A stretch of DNA of 63,843 nt from Sulfurovum sp. (GCA_965657515.1 CBFHPE010000001.1:1-63843); one strand, 5' to 3'. Positions 1-12,175 are shown, numbered from the stretch's first letter. A program made the numbers and translations. Notes: generated from the sequence alone by a model not told the origin.

Positions 1-1
1 C

Positions 2-1030
2 TTAGAGCCATCATCAAACCTCCACCTCAAAGAGGTACTCAAACACACTCAAGATGTAGAGATCATGGGAATTTTTGACAAGTCTCTAGGGGAACCACTC
101 TATGATATAAGTCAAATGGCAGTGATGGGTATAGTAGATGCACTCAAAAAGATCCGCTGGGCATATAAAGCGATGGATGAACTGGTAGAACTCGCCAAAA
201 ATGCTGATAAGGTTCTGCTTATGGACTCTTCAGCTTTCAATTTACCTCTGGCTAAAAAAATGAAAACTGCCTACCCTGATAAAGAGATCATTTATTACAT
301 CCTTCCTCAAATATGGGCAAGTCGTCCTAAACGAGCCAAAAAGTTAGAACAATACTGTGATAAACTCCTTGGTATCCTGCCTTTTGAAGTAGAGTATTAC
401 CCACAAAAAAAAGCTCAGTATGTGGGACATCCTCTGCTTGATGAGATAGATGTACACCGTGTAGAATCAGAAACCAAAGGCTGCATCACCTTTATGCCAG
501 GTTCTAGAAAATCTGAGATCACACGGCTTATGCCTATCTTTTTGGAACTTAGACGTAAACTCGGTAATGACATTAGGCCTCTACTTGTCATACCACCATC
601 ATTTTCCAGAAACAAGATAGCCAAACTCTATAGAGGCAACAGAGAATTCGAGATCGTACGTGATACCCATGAAGCATTGGGACGTTCAGAGTTTGCATTT
701 ATTTGTTCAGGTACAGCAACTCTGGAAGCTGCTCTCATAGGTACACCTTTTACCTTGGCATATATCGCTAAAAAAATAGACTTTTTCATAGGCACAAAGC
801 TACTTAATATTACACAGGTAGGTTTGGCAAATATCATACTCACAAACCATAACCAGACTACCCTGCATAACGAACTTCTACAAGAAGAAGTTACTGTTGA
901 GAACCTCTTAAAAGAGTACCACAATACTGACCGTGAGATCTTTGCTGATAAGGCCAAAGAGTTAAAAGAATACCTTGGTCATGGAAGTTCCCAAAATGTT
1001 GCTAAAATCATCATGGATACTTCATGCTAG
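2..1030 (+). CDS. lpxB: Lipid-A-disaccharide synthase (5'-truncated by window edge)
   Basis: The frame is open from nt 2 (LEPSSNLHL...). Motifs YYILPQIWA, ILPFE, YVGHPL, MPGSRKSE and SGTATLE are present, and lpxA/fabZ are nearby. Confidence 0.93.
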   Translation, partial: LEPSSNLHLKEVLKHTQDVEIMGIFDKSLGEPLYDISQMAVMGIVDALKKIRWAYKAMDELVELAKNADKVLLMDSSAFNLPLAKKMKTAYPDKEIIYYILPQIWASRPKRAKKLEQYCDKLLGILPFEVEYYPQKKAQYVGHPLLDEIDVHRVESETKGCITFMPGSRKSEITRLMPIFLELRRKLGNDIRPLLVIPPSFSRNKIAKLYRGNREFEIVRDTHEALGRSEFAFICSGTATLEAALIGTPFTLAYIAKKIDFFIGTKLLNITQVGLANIILTNHNQTTLHNELLQEEVTVENLLKEYHNTDREIFADKAKELKEYLGHGSSQNVAKIIMDTSC

Positions 1031-2103
1031 TACATATATGTTGTAGTGTAGACAGCCACTACTTTTTAAAAAAGCTTCAAGAAGAGTACCCTGAAGAAAA
1101 ACTCACAGGATTTTTCTATGACCCTAACATACATCCATACTCAGAATACTACCTACGTCTACTCGATGTCAAGCGTTCCTGTAAAATGCTTGGCGTTGAA
1201 CTCATTGAAGGCGAGTACGATGTAGAGAACTGGCTTGATGCTGTTCGAGGGTTGGAACATGAACCTGAGAAGGGTTCAAGATGTGCCGTATGTTTTGACA
1301 GACGATTTGAGGTTTCTGCTAAAAAAGCCGCCGAGTTAGGTGAAAACAGTTACACATCTACCCTACTCACAAGTCCTAAAAAATCACTCAAACAATTACA
1401 GGTTTCGGGAGATGCTTTAGCACAGCGCGAAGGTATTACTTTTGTAGCTCCAGACTACCGTAAAGCTTCAGGTACACAGGAACAGAACATATTAGCTAAA
1501 GAAGATGCGCTCTACCGTCAAGACTACTGTGGCTGTATGTTCGGGCTAAATATCCAGCGTGACCAACAGTCTAAACTTGCGGATGAACTTTTTGTACCCG
1601 TCTCAGGACAAATACAACCAGAATCCATAGAAGAACGTATAGAAATGTATGAAAAACGATGGAAGTTTGAAGAAGAAAACATACCACACAAGATCATCAA
1701 ACAGCGTTTTTTAAATTGGCGCCTCGATTCTGGACTTTTACGTGTTCGTAAAGAGGTAGTTCCTGCACACTTTTTACCCTATTCTACACTCAAAGGCGAG
1801 TATAGCAGAGGTAAGATAGAATACCATGTCGGAGAAGTTTACCATATGAACCGTGATGAAGTACGTTTTATCACACTTGCACATTATAATCATTTGGCTA
1901 CAACGAAGTATCAAAATGTTACAGAGCTTATTTTTTCTCCTCCCTCTTTCTCTAAAGAGCTTGGGATACGTGCACAATTGGGAGTCACACCTTATGATCT
2001 CTCCATCATACTTGTTGTCGAAGAGATACCTGACAAAAAAATAGAGATCATTTGTCAAAGTAAAACCTACGAAGATGTTAAAGAAATACTCATTAGACTC
2101 TAA
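1024..2103 (+). CDS. queH: Epoxyqueuosine reductase QueH (DUF208) with C-terminal extension
   Basis: HICC, FYDPNIHP, RCAVCF and YRQDYCGC Cys motifs. Confidence 0.88.
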   Translation: MLVHICCSVDSHYFLKKLQEEYPEEKLTGFFYDPNIHPYSEYYLRLLDVKRSCKMLGVELIEGEYDVENWLDAVRGLEHEPEKGSRCAVCFDRRFEVSAKKAAELGENSYTSTLLTSPKKSLKQLQVSGDALAQREGITFVAPDYRKASGTQEQNILAKEDALYRQDYCGCMFGLNIQRDQQSKLADELFVPVSGQIQPESIEERIEMYEKRWKFEEENIPHKIIKQRFLNWRLDSGLLRVRKEVVPAHFLPYSTLKGEYSRGKIEYHVGEVYHMNRDEVRFITLAHYNHLATTKYQNVTELIFSPPSFSKELGIRAQLGVTPYDLSIILVVEEIPDKKIEIICQSKTYEDVKEILIRL

Positions 2104-2159
2104 ACCACTTCTTACAAACATTGCGATAAAATAAGAGAATTTTTATAAAAAGGTTTCTA

Positions 2160-2609
2160 ATGCTTTATAACGTCGTTGACATTCAAAATATACTACCTCA
2201 CAGATATCCATTTTTACTTGTGGACAGAATCACTGAGCTCACACCAGGAAAATACATAGAAGGTTATAAAAATGTTTCTATCTCTGAACCTGTATTCCAA
2301 GGTCATTTCCCTGGTCATCCTATCTATCCTGGTGTTATGATCATTGAAGGTATGGCTCAAGCTGGTGGTGTACTAGCATTCAAAAGTATGGACGATGCCA
2401 GCCAAGAAGAGATACACAATAAGGTCGTATATTTTATGAGTATCGACAAAGCCAAATTCCGATCACCTGTTACCCCGGGTGATCAACTTGTATATAAACT
2501 GGATGTCATTAAGAACAAAGGTCCGGTATGGCAGCTTGATGCAAAAGCGTATGTGGACGGAAAAATAGTCGCACAAGCTGAGCTTAAAGCTATGATCGTG
2601 GATAAATAG
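2160..2609 (+). CDS. fabZ: 3-hydroxyacyl-ACP dehydratase
   Basis: [12 protein letters not shown] and [22 protein letters not shown] motifs. Confidence 0.97.
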   Translation: MLYNVVDIQNILPHRYPFLLVDRITELTPGKYIEGYKNVSISEPVFQGHFPGHPIYPGVMIIEGMAQAGGVLAFKSMDDASQEEIHNKVVYFMSIDKAKFRSPVTPGDQLVYKLDVIKNKGPVWQLDAKAYVDGKIVAQAELKAMIVDK

Positions 2610-2617
2610 GTCACTTG

Positions 2618-3403
2618 ATGTCTTTAATTCACGCTTCTGCTGTCATAGAAGATGGTGCGATCCTTGGCGAAAATGTCTCTGTAGGTCCTTTTGCCTACAT
2701 TGGTCCAAAAGTAAAAATAGGTGATAACACTACTGTGGCATCGCATGCTGTCATAGAGGGAGATACAACTATTGGTAAAAACAATCGCATCTTCCCACAT
2801 GCAGCAGTAGGTACGATACCTCAGGATCTTAAATTCTCTGGTGAAGATGTTCAGTTGATCATTGGTGATAACAATACCATTAGAGAATTCACCTTACTTA
2901 ATCCAGGTACTCAAGGTGGTGGTTCTATTACTAAAATCGGTAATAGAAACTTACTTATGGGTTATGTACACTTAGGTCATGATGTCATTCTGGGTGATAA
3001 CTGTATCTTGGCAAATGGGGCTACACTTGCAGGACATGTAGAGCTTGGTAACCATGTGGTCATCGGTGGACTTACACCTGTACACCAGTTCGTACATATC
3101 GGTGATTATGCTATGGTTGGTGGAGCAAGTGCCTTGGCACAGGATGTACCTCCTTACTGTCTGGTTGAAGGTAACCGTGCACACCTTAGAGGGCTAAACC
3201 TCACAGGACTCCGTAGAGCTATGAAACGTGAAGAGATCAATGCACTCAAATCAGCATATAGAGAACTATTTGAACAGGGTAACCCCCTTCAAGAAGTAGC
3301 AGAACGCTTATTGGGATCAACTGACTCAGATGCAGTTAAAAAATTATGTGAATTTATACAAAACTCTAAACGCGGTATACCATTCACACGTTCGAAAAAG
3401 TAA
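2618..3403 (+). CDS. lpxA: UDP-N-acetylglucosamine acyltransferase
   Basis: Hexapeptide repeats, PQDLKF, IREF, HLGHD and VHQF. ATG at 2618; TTG at 2615 is an alternative start. Confidence 0.96.
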   Translation: MSLIHASAVIEDGAILGENVSVGPFAYIGPKVKIGDNTTVASHAVIEGDTTIGKNNRIFPHAAVGTIPQDLKFSGEDVQLIIGDNNTIREFTLLNPGTQGGGSITKIGNRNLLMGYVHLGHDVILGDNCILANGATLAGHVELGNHVVIGGLTPVHQFVHIGDYAMVGGASALAQDVPPYCLVEGNRAHLRGLNLTGLRRAMKREEINALKSAYRELFEQGNPLQEVAERLLGSTDSDAVKKLCEFIQNSKRGIPFTRSKK

Positions 3404-3423
3404 AATGATAGCAAGGATAATAA

Positions 3424-4644
3424 ATGACAAATAAAGCATGTAGCTTTTGTAAAGCCCAAGAGAGTGAAGAGAATCCTCTTATTGCAGGAGAGAGTGCTTA
3501 TATCTGTTCAAACTGTGTTGTATCAGCATATAAGATACTCTTTGGTGAAGAGGAGTATGATGAAAATACGGTAGACTCGGAAACACATGTACTCTATACA
3601 CCTAAAGAGATAGACACTATGCTCAGTGATTATGTTATAGGACAGGAAAAAGCAAAAAAAACGCTTTCTGTAGCAGTCTATAACCACTATAAACGTATAT
3701 TTAAAGACAATGTAGACGATGATACACAGATCGCCAAATCAAATGTACTGCTTATAGGACCAACAGGCTCAGGTAAAACTCTTTTGGCACAGACTATTGC
3801 AAGATTTTTAAATGTTCCTATCGCTATTGCTGATGCAACCAACCTTACAGAAGCAGGCTATGTAGGTGAAGATGTAGAAAACATCCTCACTAAACTTCTG
3901 ATGGCCGCCGATGGTGATCCTCAGCGTGCAGAGCAAGGTATAGTATTTATCGATGAAGTTGATAAGATCGCACGTATGGGAGAAAATCGATCCATAACAC
4001 GTGATGTATCAGGTGAAGGTGTACAGCAGGCTCTCCTTAAACTTATAGAAGGTTCTGTGGTCAATATACCGCCAAAGGGTGGACGTAAACATCCTAATCA
4101 GGATTTCATACAAATTGACACATCAAATATCCTCTTCATATGTGGTGGTGCCTTTGATGGTCTAAATGACATCCTTAAAAGAAGACTTGGATCAAATACT
4201 CTTGGATTTGGTCAGGAAAAACGTTCCAAAAAAGAAGAAGAGAATCTTCTTCACCTTGTAGAGTCAGATGATCTTGTCTCCTTTGGACTTATCCCTGAAC
4301 TTATCGGTCGTTTGCATGTCCTTGCAACACTCGGTGAAATAAGTAAAGAAGATATGGTTCGTATCTTAGTTGAGCCAAAGAACTCTTTGGTAAAACAGTA
4401 TCAAAAACTCTTTGAGATCGATGATGTACAACTCACTTTTGAAGAAGATGCATTGATACTCATCGCACAAAAAGCCATAGACAGAAAAACAGGTGCCAGA
4501 GGATTGCGCTCGATACTTGAAGAGACATTACTTGACATCATGTATGAACTTCCAGAGTTAAGTGGATATGAAGTGGTTATTACCAATGAAGTGATAGAAA
4601 CCGGTGCAAAACCTTTGTACATTAAAGATAAAAAAACAGCATAA
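3424..4644 (+). CDS. clpX: ATP-dependent Clp protease ATP-binding subunit
   Basis: N-terminal CxxC/CxxC zinc finger, [31 protein letters not shown] and TGARGLRS. Confidence 0.97.
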   Translation: MTNKACSFCKAQESEENPLIAGESAYICSNCVVSAYKILFGEEEYDENTVDSETHVLYTPKEIDTMLSDYVIGQEKAKKTLSVAVYNHYKRIFKDNVDDDTQIAKSNVLLIGPTGSGKTLLAQTIARFLNVPIAIADATNLTEAGYVGEDVENILTKLLMAADGDPQRAEQGIVFIDEVDKIARMGENRSITRDVSGEGVQQALLKLIEGSVVNIPPKGGRKHPNQDFIQIDTSNILFICGGAFDGLNDILKRRLGSNTLGFGQEKRSKKEEENLLHLVESDDLVSFGLIPELIGRLHVLATLGEISKEDMVRILVEPKNSLVKQYQKLFEIDDVQLTFEEDALILIAQKAIDRKTGARGLRSILEETLLDIMYELPELSGYEVVITNEVIETGAKPLYIKDKKTA

Positions 4645-4669
4645 GCGCAGATAGAAAAAGGATATTTAG

Positions 4670-5704
4670 ATGTTTAAAAAAATATTAGGAATGTTTTCCA
4701 ACGACCTGGCGATCGACCTGGGAACGGCAAATACACTTGTTCTTGTAAAGGGACAAGGTATCAGTATCAATGAGCCGTCAGTTGTTGCCATTCAATATGA
4801 CAAACATGGCAGGGAGCGTATCTTGGCAGTAGGTCAGGAAGCTAAAGACATGGTTGGTAAAACACCAGGGAACATCAAGGCGATCCGTCCTATGAAAGAT
4901 GGTGTTATCGCAGACTTTGAAGTCACAGAAATGATGATCCGTTATTTCATTGAGAAAGCACATAGAAGAAAAGGATTTTTCTCTCCACGTATCATTATCT
5001 GTGTACCTTATGGTCTTACACAGGTTGAACGTCGTGCCGTAAAAGATTCTGCTGAAAATGCCGGTGCAAGATATGTGTATCTTATTGAGGAACCTATGGC
5101 AGCAGCGATCGGTGCTGGTATCCCTGTAAAAGATCCAAACGGTAACCTTGTTGTGGATATCGGTGGTGGTACAACTGAGATCGGTGTAACTTCATTGGGT
5201 GGTCTTGTCATTTCCAAGTCTATTCGTGTAGCAGGTGATAATTTTGATCAGGCGATCATTGATTACATCAAAAAGAACTTTAACCTGCTTATCGGTGATC
5301 GTGTTGCTGAAGAACTTAAGATCAAGATCGGTACAGCTATACCACTTGATGAAGAACTTACAACAACTGTACGTGGTAGAGACCAGGTAGAAGGGAGCCT
5401 TGCTTCTATGGAAGTAACATCAGAGCACATCAGGTCAGCAATGAAAGACTCCCTTGAGGAGATCGCTGAAGCACTTAAAGATGTACTTGAGCAGACACCA
5501 CCGGAACTTGCAGGTGATATCGTAGAAAACGGTATTGTACTGACAGGTGGTGGTGCTCTTATTAGAGGATTAGACAAATATCTTTCAGATATCGTTAAAC
5601 TTCCAGTTTACATTGCAGAAGAACCTCTTCTTGCTGTTGCTAAAGGTACAGGTATCGCACTTGATGAGCTAGACCTTCTTCAACAAACGGCATATGAAGA
5701 CTAG
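4670..5704 (+). CDS. mreB: Rod shape-determining actin homolog
   Basis: IDLGTANT, RPMKDGVIADF, VDIGGGTTE and LTGGGAL. Confidence 0.97.
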   Translation: MFKKILGMFSNDLAIDLGTANTLVLVKGQGISINEPSVVAIQYDKHGRERILAVGQEAKDMVGKTPGNIKAIRPMKDGVIADFEVTEMMIRYFIEKAHRRKGFFSPRIIICVPYGLTQVERRAVKDSAENAGARYVYLIEEPMAAAIGAGIPVKDPNGNLVVDIGGGTTEIGVTSLGGLVISKSIRVAGDNFDQAIIDYIKKNFNLLIGDRVAEELKIKIGTAIPLDEELTTTVRGRDQVEGSLASMEVTSEHIRSAMKDSLEEIAEALKDVLEQTPPELAGDIVENGIVLTGGGALIRGLDKYLSDIVKLPVYIAEEPLLAVAKGTGIALDELDLLQQTAYED

Positions 5705-6740
5705 ACTTGTCATCATAGCCATACTGCTGCTCATGCTGACAGTACTTCTGTCACGCAATGATGCACGCATCACAGATACACTTTTAGGTGTCATTAACCC
5801 CATTAAACAAAATTACAAAAACCTTACACAAAATTTAGAAGATAAAAGCCATAGCTACATCTTTCAAAAAGAATCAATAGAAAAACTAAGCCGCGAAAAC
5901 CGTATTTTACGTAAACGCCTTCTTGAACAAATGCACTATATAGAAGAAGTAAAGAATATCTACAAAGTACTGCCGGACTTAAGCCGTATCCCTGTAAGTA
6001 ATATCTCTATAACGGAAACAATATCTTATGTAAAACTGAACAGTTTTTCTCAGATCATTCTGACAAAACCTCAAGGGCTCGAAGAAGACAAACTCTATGG
6101 TCTCATTCAGGGTCGTGTTGTCGGAGGAACAGCCAGAGTACAAAATAACCAACTCTACGGATACCTCACTTCAGATGATAAATGTCGCTTTTCTGTATTT
6201 ATAGGAGAGAGTAAAGCACCTGGTATTGCGCTTGGTAGGGAAAAAAATGAAATGCTTGTAAAATTCATCCCGAAATGGCATAAGATACAAGAAGGAGATA
6301 AAGTGGTCACCTCAGGTCTAGATGGTATCTTTTTTGCAGATATTCCTGTGGGACTTGTTACAAAAGTTGAAGTACGTAGTTCTTATACTGTTGCACATAT
6401 CAAAACGTACAGTGACATCTTCCATCCTAAAACTTTTTTCCTTATCAATGATCCAAAAGCTACATTGACTGAAGGTTTTGACAGTAATAAAACACAATTA
6501 CCTACCCGTTACAGTATCCCAGATACAGGTATAGAACAAAATACTTCTACTTTACCAGAAGAGAGTAATACCACAGAACCGGTGATATCCAGTATCCCTT
6601 CCCGTATCGATCAGACACAGCATGATGTGATAGAACCTGAAACACCTTCCGAAGTAATAGAAGTACCTAAAAAGATAAAGAAAATAAAAAAGCAACAACA
6701 AATTATACAACACAATACAAGTGGTTTAGACCTCTTTTAA
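5694..6740 (+). CDS. mreC: Rod shape-determining protein MreC
   Basis: Follows mreB; N-terminal TM plus coiled coil; GDKVVTSGLDGIF-PVG motif. Confidence 0.9.
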   Translation: MKTRLVIIAILLLMLTVLLSRNDARITDTLLGVINPIKQNYKNLTQNLEDKSHSYIFQKESIEKLSRENRILRKRLLEQMHYIEEVKNIYKVLPDLSRIPVSNISITETISYVKLNSFSQIILTKPQGLEEDKLYGLIQGRVVGGTARVQNNQLYGYLTSDDKCRFSVFIGESKAPGIALGREKNEMLVKFIPKWHKIQEGDKVVTSGLDGIFFADIPVGLVTKVEVRSSYTVAHIKTYSDIFHPKTFFLINDPKATLTEGFDSNKTQLPTRYSIPDTGIEQNTSTLPEESNTTEPVISSIPSRIDQTQHDVIEPETPSEVIEVPKKIKKIKKQQQIIQHNTSGLDLF

Positions 6741-6763
6741 ACCCTTTATCTTTCCATCTAAAT

Positions 6764-6790
6764 AAGCCCTCTATTTAAGGGCTTTTTATT
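6764..6790 (+). terminator. Probable intrinsic terminator after mreC
   Basis: Stem AAGCCCT/AGGGCTT with a 7-nt loop, followed by a T-rich tail. Confidence 0.6.
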
Positions 6791-6835
6791 CAAAATCGGC
6801 TATAATATCAAACTAAAAACCAAGGGTATCTCTCT

Positions 6836-9800
6836 ATGCCAAAACGCAATGACATCAAAACTATTTTACTTATCGGATCAGGACCTATTGTTATCGGTCA
6901 AGCCTGTGAATTTGACTACTCTGGTACACAGGCAGCAAAGACACTGAAAGAACTGGGATACAGAGTTGTTCTCATTAACTCAAACCCTGCAACTATCATG
7001 ACTGACCCTGAGTTTGCAGATAGAACTTATATTGAGCCTATTACCTCTGAAATTATCTCTAAGATCATCAAACAGGAAAATGTTGATGCTATCTTGCCAA
7101 CGATGGGTGGTCAAACCGCACTCAATGTTGCTATGGACATGCACGAGGCAGGTATGCTTGAAGGTATTGAGTTCTTAGGTGCAAAACCAGAAGCCATCAA
7201 AAAAGGTGAAGATAGACAAGAGTTCAAAGAAGCGATGATCAAGATCGGTATGGACCTTCCTATTTCTCAATATGCCTACAATATAGATGAAGCGATGGAT
7301 GCGGCTAAAAACATCGGTTTCCCACTTATCATACGTGCGTCATTTACTATGGCAGGCGGCGGTTCAGGTGTTGCCTATAATATGGATGAGTATAAAGAGA
7401 TCGTGCGAGGAGGACTTGAAGCCTCTCCTATCTCTGAGATTCTTATTGAAGAGTCTTTACTTGGTTGGAAAGAGTACGAGATGGAAGTTATCCGTGACAA
7501 GGCAGATAACTGTATCATCGTATGTTCCATCGAGAACTTTGACCCTATGGGTGTACATACAGGTGACTCTATCACACTTGCTCCCGCATTGACACTTACA
7601 GACAAAGAGTACCAGAACATGAGAGATGCCTCTTTCAAGATCTTACGTGAAGTAGGTGTTGATACAGGTGGTTCAAACGTACAATTCTCTATCAACCCAA
7701 ATACGGGTCGTATGATCGTTATCGAAATGAATCCAAGAGTGAGCCGTTCTTCTGCACTGGCATCTAAAGCAACTGGTTACCCGATCGCTAAAGTAGCAAC
7801 CCTTCTTGCAGTAGGATTTACACTAGATGAGATCACCAATGATATCACAGGTACCCCTGCATCATTTGAACCGGTCATTGACTACATCGTAACCAAACTA
7901 CCTAGATTTACTTTTGAAAAGTTCCCGATGGCTGACTCTACACTGACCACAGCAATGAAGTCTGTAGGAGAAGCGATGTCCATAGGTCGTACCTTTAAAG
8001 AGTCATTCCAAAAAGCACTTTGTTCATTGGAGACAGGTCTCATTGGTTTCAACCCTATCAAATGTGATGGTGAAGAACTGGTACGTGAAATACGCCGTTC
8101 AAATGAAAACCGTATGCTTTACGTTTTTGAAGGTTTAAGACGTGGTATGAGCGTGGATGCTATCTTTGATCTTTGTAAAATCGACAGATGGTTCTTGTAT
8201 CAACTTGAAGAGCTTGCAAATGTTGAGAGAGAAATGGATATTGCCCTACTTTCTGATGCGTCAAGATTACGTGAAGTAAAAGCAGATGGTTTCTCTGATG
8301 CGATGATCGCACAGGTTATCAACAAAAAAGAAGGTCTTTCTCTATCAGAAAATGACATATACAATGCCAGAGAAAAAATGTCTATACAACTTGAGTACAA
8401 TGAAGTAGATACCTGTGCAGCAGAATTCAAAGCACTTACACCGTACCTCTACTCTACTACGAATATTACTAAACTTCCAGAAGTTGAAACTACTGTGTCT
8501 GAAGAGAAAAAAGTACTTGTTATTGGTGGTGGCCCTAACCGTATCGGTCAGGGTATTGAATTTGATTACTGTTGTGTACATGCTGCCTTTGCACTTGAAG
8601 ACATGGGTGTGAAGTCCATCATGTATAACTGTAACCCAGAGACAGTTTCTACAGATTACGACACCTCTGATATTCTCTACTTTGAGCCTATTGACTTTGA
8701 ACATGTAAGAAACGTGATCGAGCTTGAAAAGCCTGATGGTGTCATCGTCCACTTTGGTGGACAAACGCCACTTAAACTGGCTAAAAACCTAACAGCTATC
8801 GGAGCAAATATCTCAGGTACAACTGCAAAAGTCATCGACTTGGCAGAAGACAGAGAACTTTTCTCCACATTTATCAACGACTTAGGACTTAAACAACCAG
8901 ACAACGATACTGTTGTAGAGAAAGATGCTGCACTTATAGTTGCGAACCGAATCGGTTACCCTGTACTTGTACGTCCATCATTTGTACTTGGTGGTCGCGG
9001 TATGAAGACTGTATATTCAGATGATGAACTTAAGCAGTACATGGATGAAGCGGTATCTGTATCGAATGATGCACCGGTTCTCATAGACAAGTTCCTTGAC
9101 AATGCCATAGAACTTGATGTAGACGCCATCTGTGATGGTAAAGATGTCTACATCGGTTCAGTAATGCAGCACATCGAAGAAGCGGGTATCCACTCTGGTG
9201 ACTCTGCATGTTCACTTCCTCCAGTCTCTATCTCGGAAGAGTTACAAGAAGAAGTAAAAGAACAAACTGCAAAGATCGCTCTTGGATTGGGTGTTGTAGG
9301 TCTTATGAACATCCAGTATGCTATCCATAAAGGTGAGATCTACCTTATCGAAGTAAATCCTAGAGCATCTAGAACGGTACCCTTTGTATCCAAAGCAACA
9401 GGTGTACCTCTAGCAAAAGTAGCAACCAGGGTTATGATCCAGGGTGACTTAAAAGAAGCACTTAAATTCTACGATACATTTAACGTAGTAAACTTTGACA
9501 AAAAGATCATGGAACCAAGTCTAAAAGGTCATATAGCTGTAAAAGAAGCTGTTTTCCCTTTCAACAAGTTACCGGGTTCAGACCTTATCTTAGGGCCTGA
9601 AATGAAGTCAACAGGTGAAGTAATGGGTGTATCTGACAACTTTGGTATGTCTTTTGCCAAAAGTCAATTTGCTTCAAAGAACAACATACCACTTGAAGGT
9701 AAACTTTTCATCTCTCTAACAGAAAATGATAAAGCACAAGCCGGAGAAGTTGGTAAAATGTTTACAGATTTAGGTTTTGATATCGTAGCTACTTCAGGAA

Positions 9801-10096
9801 CTCATGCAGCACTGCAAGAAGCTGGTGTAGTGTCAACCAAAGTACTTAAGATCTCAGAAGGTCGTCCAAACATAGATGATATGATCAGAAATGAAGAGAT
9901 AGCACTGGCTATCAATACAAGTGACAATGTCGCAAGTAAAACAGATGCTAAAACCATTAGACAATCTGTACTTGCAAACCATGTTGCCTACTTCACTACT
10001 GTTGCAGCAGCCAAAGCAACTGCTCTTGCGATCAAAGAACTTAAATCTACAAATGGTGAGCTTGAGCCTAAAGCACTACAGGATTACTTAGCATAA
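6836..10096 (+). CDS. carB: Carbamoyl-phosphate synthase large subunit
   Basis: [22 protein letters not shown], duplicated ATP-grasp halves and a C-terminal MGS domain. TATAAT at 6801-6806. Confidence 0.98.
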   Translation: MPKRNDIKTILLIGSGPIVIGQACEFDYSGTQAAKTLKELGYRVVLINSNPATIMTDPEFADRTYIEPITSEIISKIIKQENVDAILPTMGGQTALNVAMDMHEAGMLEGIEFLGAKPEAIKKGEDRQEFKEAMIKIGMDLPISQYAYNIDEAMDAAKNIGFPLIIRASFTMAGGGSGVAYNMDEYKEIVRGGLEASPISEILIEESLLGWKEYEMEVIRDKADNCIIVCSIENFDPMGVHTGDSITLAPALTLTDKEYQNMRDASFKILREVGVDTGGSNVQFSINPNTGRMIVIEMNPRVSRSSALASKATGYPIAKVATLLAVGFTLDEITNDITGTPASFEPVIDYIVTKLPRFTFEKFPMADSTLTTAMKSVGEAMSIGRTFKESFQKALCSLETGLIGFNPIKCDGEELVREIRRSNENRMLYVFEGLRRGMSVDAIFDLCKIDRWFLYQLEELANVEREMDIALLSDASRLREVKADGFSDAMIAQVINKKEGLSLSENDIYNAREKMSIQLEYNEVDTCAAEFKALTPYLYSTTNITKLPEVETTVSEEKKVLVIGGGPNRIGQGIEFDYCCVHAAFALEDMGVKSIMYNCNPETVSTDYDTSDILYFEPIDFEHVRNVIELEKPDGVIVHFGGQTPLKLAKNLTAIGANISGTTAKVIDLAEDRELFSTFINDLGLKQPDNDTVVEKDAALIVANRIGYPVLVRPSFVLGGRGMKTVYSDDELKQYMDEAVSVSNDAPVLIDKFLDNAIELDVDAICDGKDVYIGSVMQHIEEAGIHSGDSACSLPPVSISEELQEEVKEQTAKIALGLGVVGLMNIQYAIHKGEIYLIEVNPRASRTVPFVSKATGVPLAKVATRVMIQGDLKEALKFYDTFNVVNFDKKIMEPSLKGHIAVKEAVFPFNKLPGSDLILGPEMKSTGEVMGVSDNFGMSFAKSQFASKNNIPLEGKLFISLTENDKAQAGEVGKMFTDLGFDIVATSGTHAALQEAGVVSTKVLKISEGRPNIDDMIRNEEIALAINTSDNVASKTDAKTIRQSVLANHVAYFTTVAAAKATALAIKELKSTNGELEPKALQDYLA

Positions 10097-10102
10097 TAGG
10101 AC

Positions 10103-10177
10103 GGTAGATGAGCAAAGCTCATCTTACCTACACTGACACTATGTCCACTCCAGCAGTGGACTCATACAACTAGTTGT
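10103..10177. repeat. Cluster of three short palindromes (terminator or REP-like)
   Basis: AGATGAGC-AAA-GCTCATCT (10106-10124), GTCCACT-N5-AGTGGAC (10143-10161) and ACAACTAGTTGT (10166-10177). Confidence 0.55.
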
Positions 10178-10193
10178 GTTGAGGAGAAAATAT

Positions 10194-10640
10194 ATGCAAA
10201 ATAACTCTTTTAAAGATAAAGTTTTTTTGACACAAACTGATACCACTATTGGTTTTGTCTCCCAAAACGCTGACAAACTTACCAGTATAAAACAACGTCC
10301 CCCTCATAAATATTACATTAAGGCGATCAATAGTCTTCAAACGCTACAAACATTTACCCGTGTTCCCTCTTCACAAAAGAACAGGGTAAGAAGAAGTACA
10401 AAAACCACATTTATCATGCCAAATAGGCACTCTTATCGTCTCATACAGGACAAACATCATCTTCTGCTTTTAAACCGTCTTAAATGGGCATATACCACTT
10501 CAGCAAATCTAAGTGGTCATAACTACGATGAAAGATTTGCTAAAGAGTCGGCCGATGTCGTTATTGAACCGCTTCAAAAAAATAAACAGGCATCAAATAT
10601 CTATAAACTAGGTAAACAAACCATTAAAAGGATACGCTAA
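10194..10640 (+). CDS. Sua5/YciO/YrdC (TsaC-like) family protein
   Basis: QTDTTIGF, KQRP and TTSANLSG motifs. ATG at 10194 follows a GAGGAG Shine-Dalgarno. Confidence 0.75.
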   Translation: MQNNSFKDKVFLTQTDTTIGFVSQNADKLTSIKQRPPHKYYIKAINSLQTLQTFTRVPSSQKNRVRRSTKTTFIMPNRHSYRLIQDKHHLLLLNRLKWAYTTSANLSGHNYDERFAKESADVVIEPLQKNKQASNIYKLGKQTIKRIR

Positions 10641-11002
10641 TGCCACTTATCTATGAAAATGAGAATATCAAAATTGAGATAGAAGAGTCTGAAATTCCAT
10701 GGCTTAAGATATTTACACAAAACCCATACAGAGAGATGAGCGAAGTACCTTCAGAGGTCAAGTTTGAGATCTATGATCTGCTGGACATAATAGAAAAAGA
10801 GATGTTAGCGTATTATAAACCAAAAAAGATCAACATTGCATCTTTTGGAAATTATATGCCTCACGTACATTGGCATATCATGGCACGTTTTGAAGAAGAC
10901 AGCTACTTTCCTGAACCTATGTGGGGGAAAAAACAGAGAGAAAGTAGCTTGACACTACCTAATTTTAAAGTTTTTTTGGAACAACTGCTTAAAAGAATTT
11001 AG
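10640..11002 (+). CDS. HIT family protein
   Basis: NIASFGNYMPHVHWHI histidine triad. Confidence 0.88.
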   Translation: MPLIYENENIKIEIEESEIPWLKIFTQNPYREMSEVPSEVKFEIYDLLDIIEKEMLAYYKPKKINIASFGNYMPHVHWHIMARFEEDSYFPEPMWGKKQRESSLTLPNFKVFLEQLLKRI

Positions 11003-11071
11003 TTTTAACTGATATACTAAAATAGGTAATTAAAAGAAATAATTTTATGTAGAAGGAGTGGATTATACCTA

Positions 11072-12175
11072 ATGTATCAAAATATAAATAGTAGTTCCAA
11101 TTCTTCTACTATCGACTTTCAAGATAAGATAATAAAACAAAAATTTGACCAATGGATGATCAAGTCAAGAGTACTCCAAATACGTCTTATCGCTGCCCTT
11201 ACAAGTCTACTGTATATTATCGCCGCACTTCTCAATATACTGATAGTAACAAATGATATTTTACCACTGATGATAACTGTACACCTCTACATCATGCCTC
11301 CATTGCTATTTGTGATTTCTCTCATGACATTCAAAAAAGAACTCCATAAACTCACTATTATCCTATTGATCATAGCACCAATCATAGCTGCTATAGGAAA
11401 CTTACTCATCACTTCAAAATTAGAAGATCCAGCACTTTATATGACAGAGCTCTATCTTATTCTCTTCTGGATATTTACAGTCTCCGGGCTACGTTTCTGG
11501 CAGGCTATCATCTCTGCGACCATGACGGTTATCATCATTTTGTCTGTAACGTATTTTTTCTTCTCCCTCTCAGATGAGAATTTTATAATGCACTGTTTTT
11601 GGATGTCTGCTTCATTCTCTTTTGGTTTATTGGGTGCTTACCTTTTAGAAAAGTCCTACAAAGAAGTATTTGCAACACATGAGCAGCTAACACAGTTGGC
11701 AGTTACAGACAAACTGACAGGCCTCTATAATCGTACAAAGCTAGATGAATTACTAACAGATGAATTAAACCGTTACAAACATTTTCATCATAAATTTGGA
11801 TTGGCCATTATGGATATAGATCACTTTAAGAAGATCAATGATACCTATGGACATCTAGTAGGTGATTCTATTTTAATAGAGATAGGACAGTTCATTGCAA
11901 AAGAGATCCGTTCAACAGATAAACTTATCCGTTGGGGTGGTGAAGAGTTCATGATCATTTATGTAGAGACAGACCAGGAAGAGGTAATAGAGCTCGTTGA
12001 ACAACTCCGTCTTAATATTGAGCAACATCTTTTTTCCATATCAACTGTTATCACAGTGAGTTTTGGCCTCACACTCTGTAGTGAAAAAGACACCATTGAT
12101 TCCATTATAAAAAGAGCAGACAATGCACTCTATATTGCAAAAAAGAATGGACGTAATCATACAGAATTCATATAA
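11072..12175 (+). CDS. Membrane-bound diguanylate cyclase
   Basis: About 6 TM segments, then DKLTGLYNR, DIDHFKKIND, RSTD I-site and GGEEF. Confidence 0.92.
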   Translation: MYQNINSSSNSSTIDFQDKIIKQKFDQWMIKSRVLQIRLIAALTSLLYIIAALLNILIVTNDILPLMITVHLYIMPPLLFVISLMTFKKELHKLTIILLIIAPIIAAIGNLLITSKLEDPALYMTELYLILFWIFTVSGLRFWQAIISATMTVIIILSVTYFFFSLSDENFIMHCFWMSASFSFGLLGAYLLEKSYKEVFATHEQLTQLAVTDKLTGLYNRTKLDELLTDELNRYKHFHHKFGLAIMDIDHFKKINDTYGHLVGDSILIEIGQFIAKEIRSTDKLIRWGGEEFMIIYVETDQEEVIELVEQLRLNIEQHLFSISTVITVSFGLTLCSEKDTIDSIIKRADNALYIAKKNGRNHTEFI

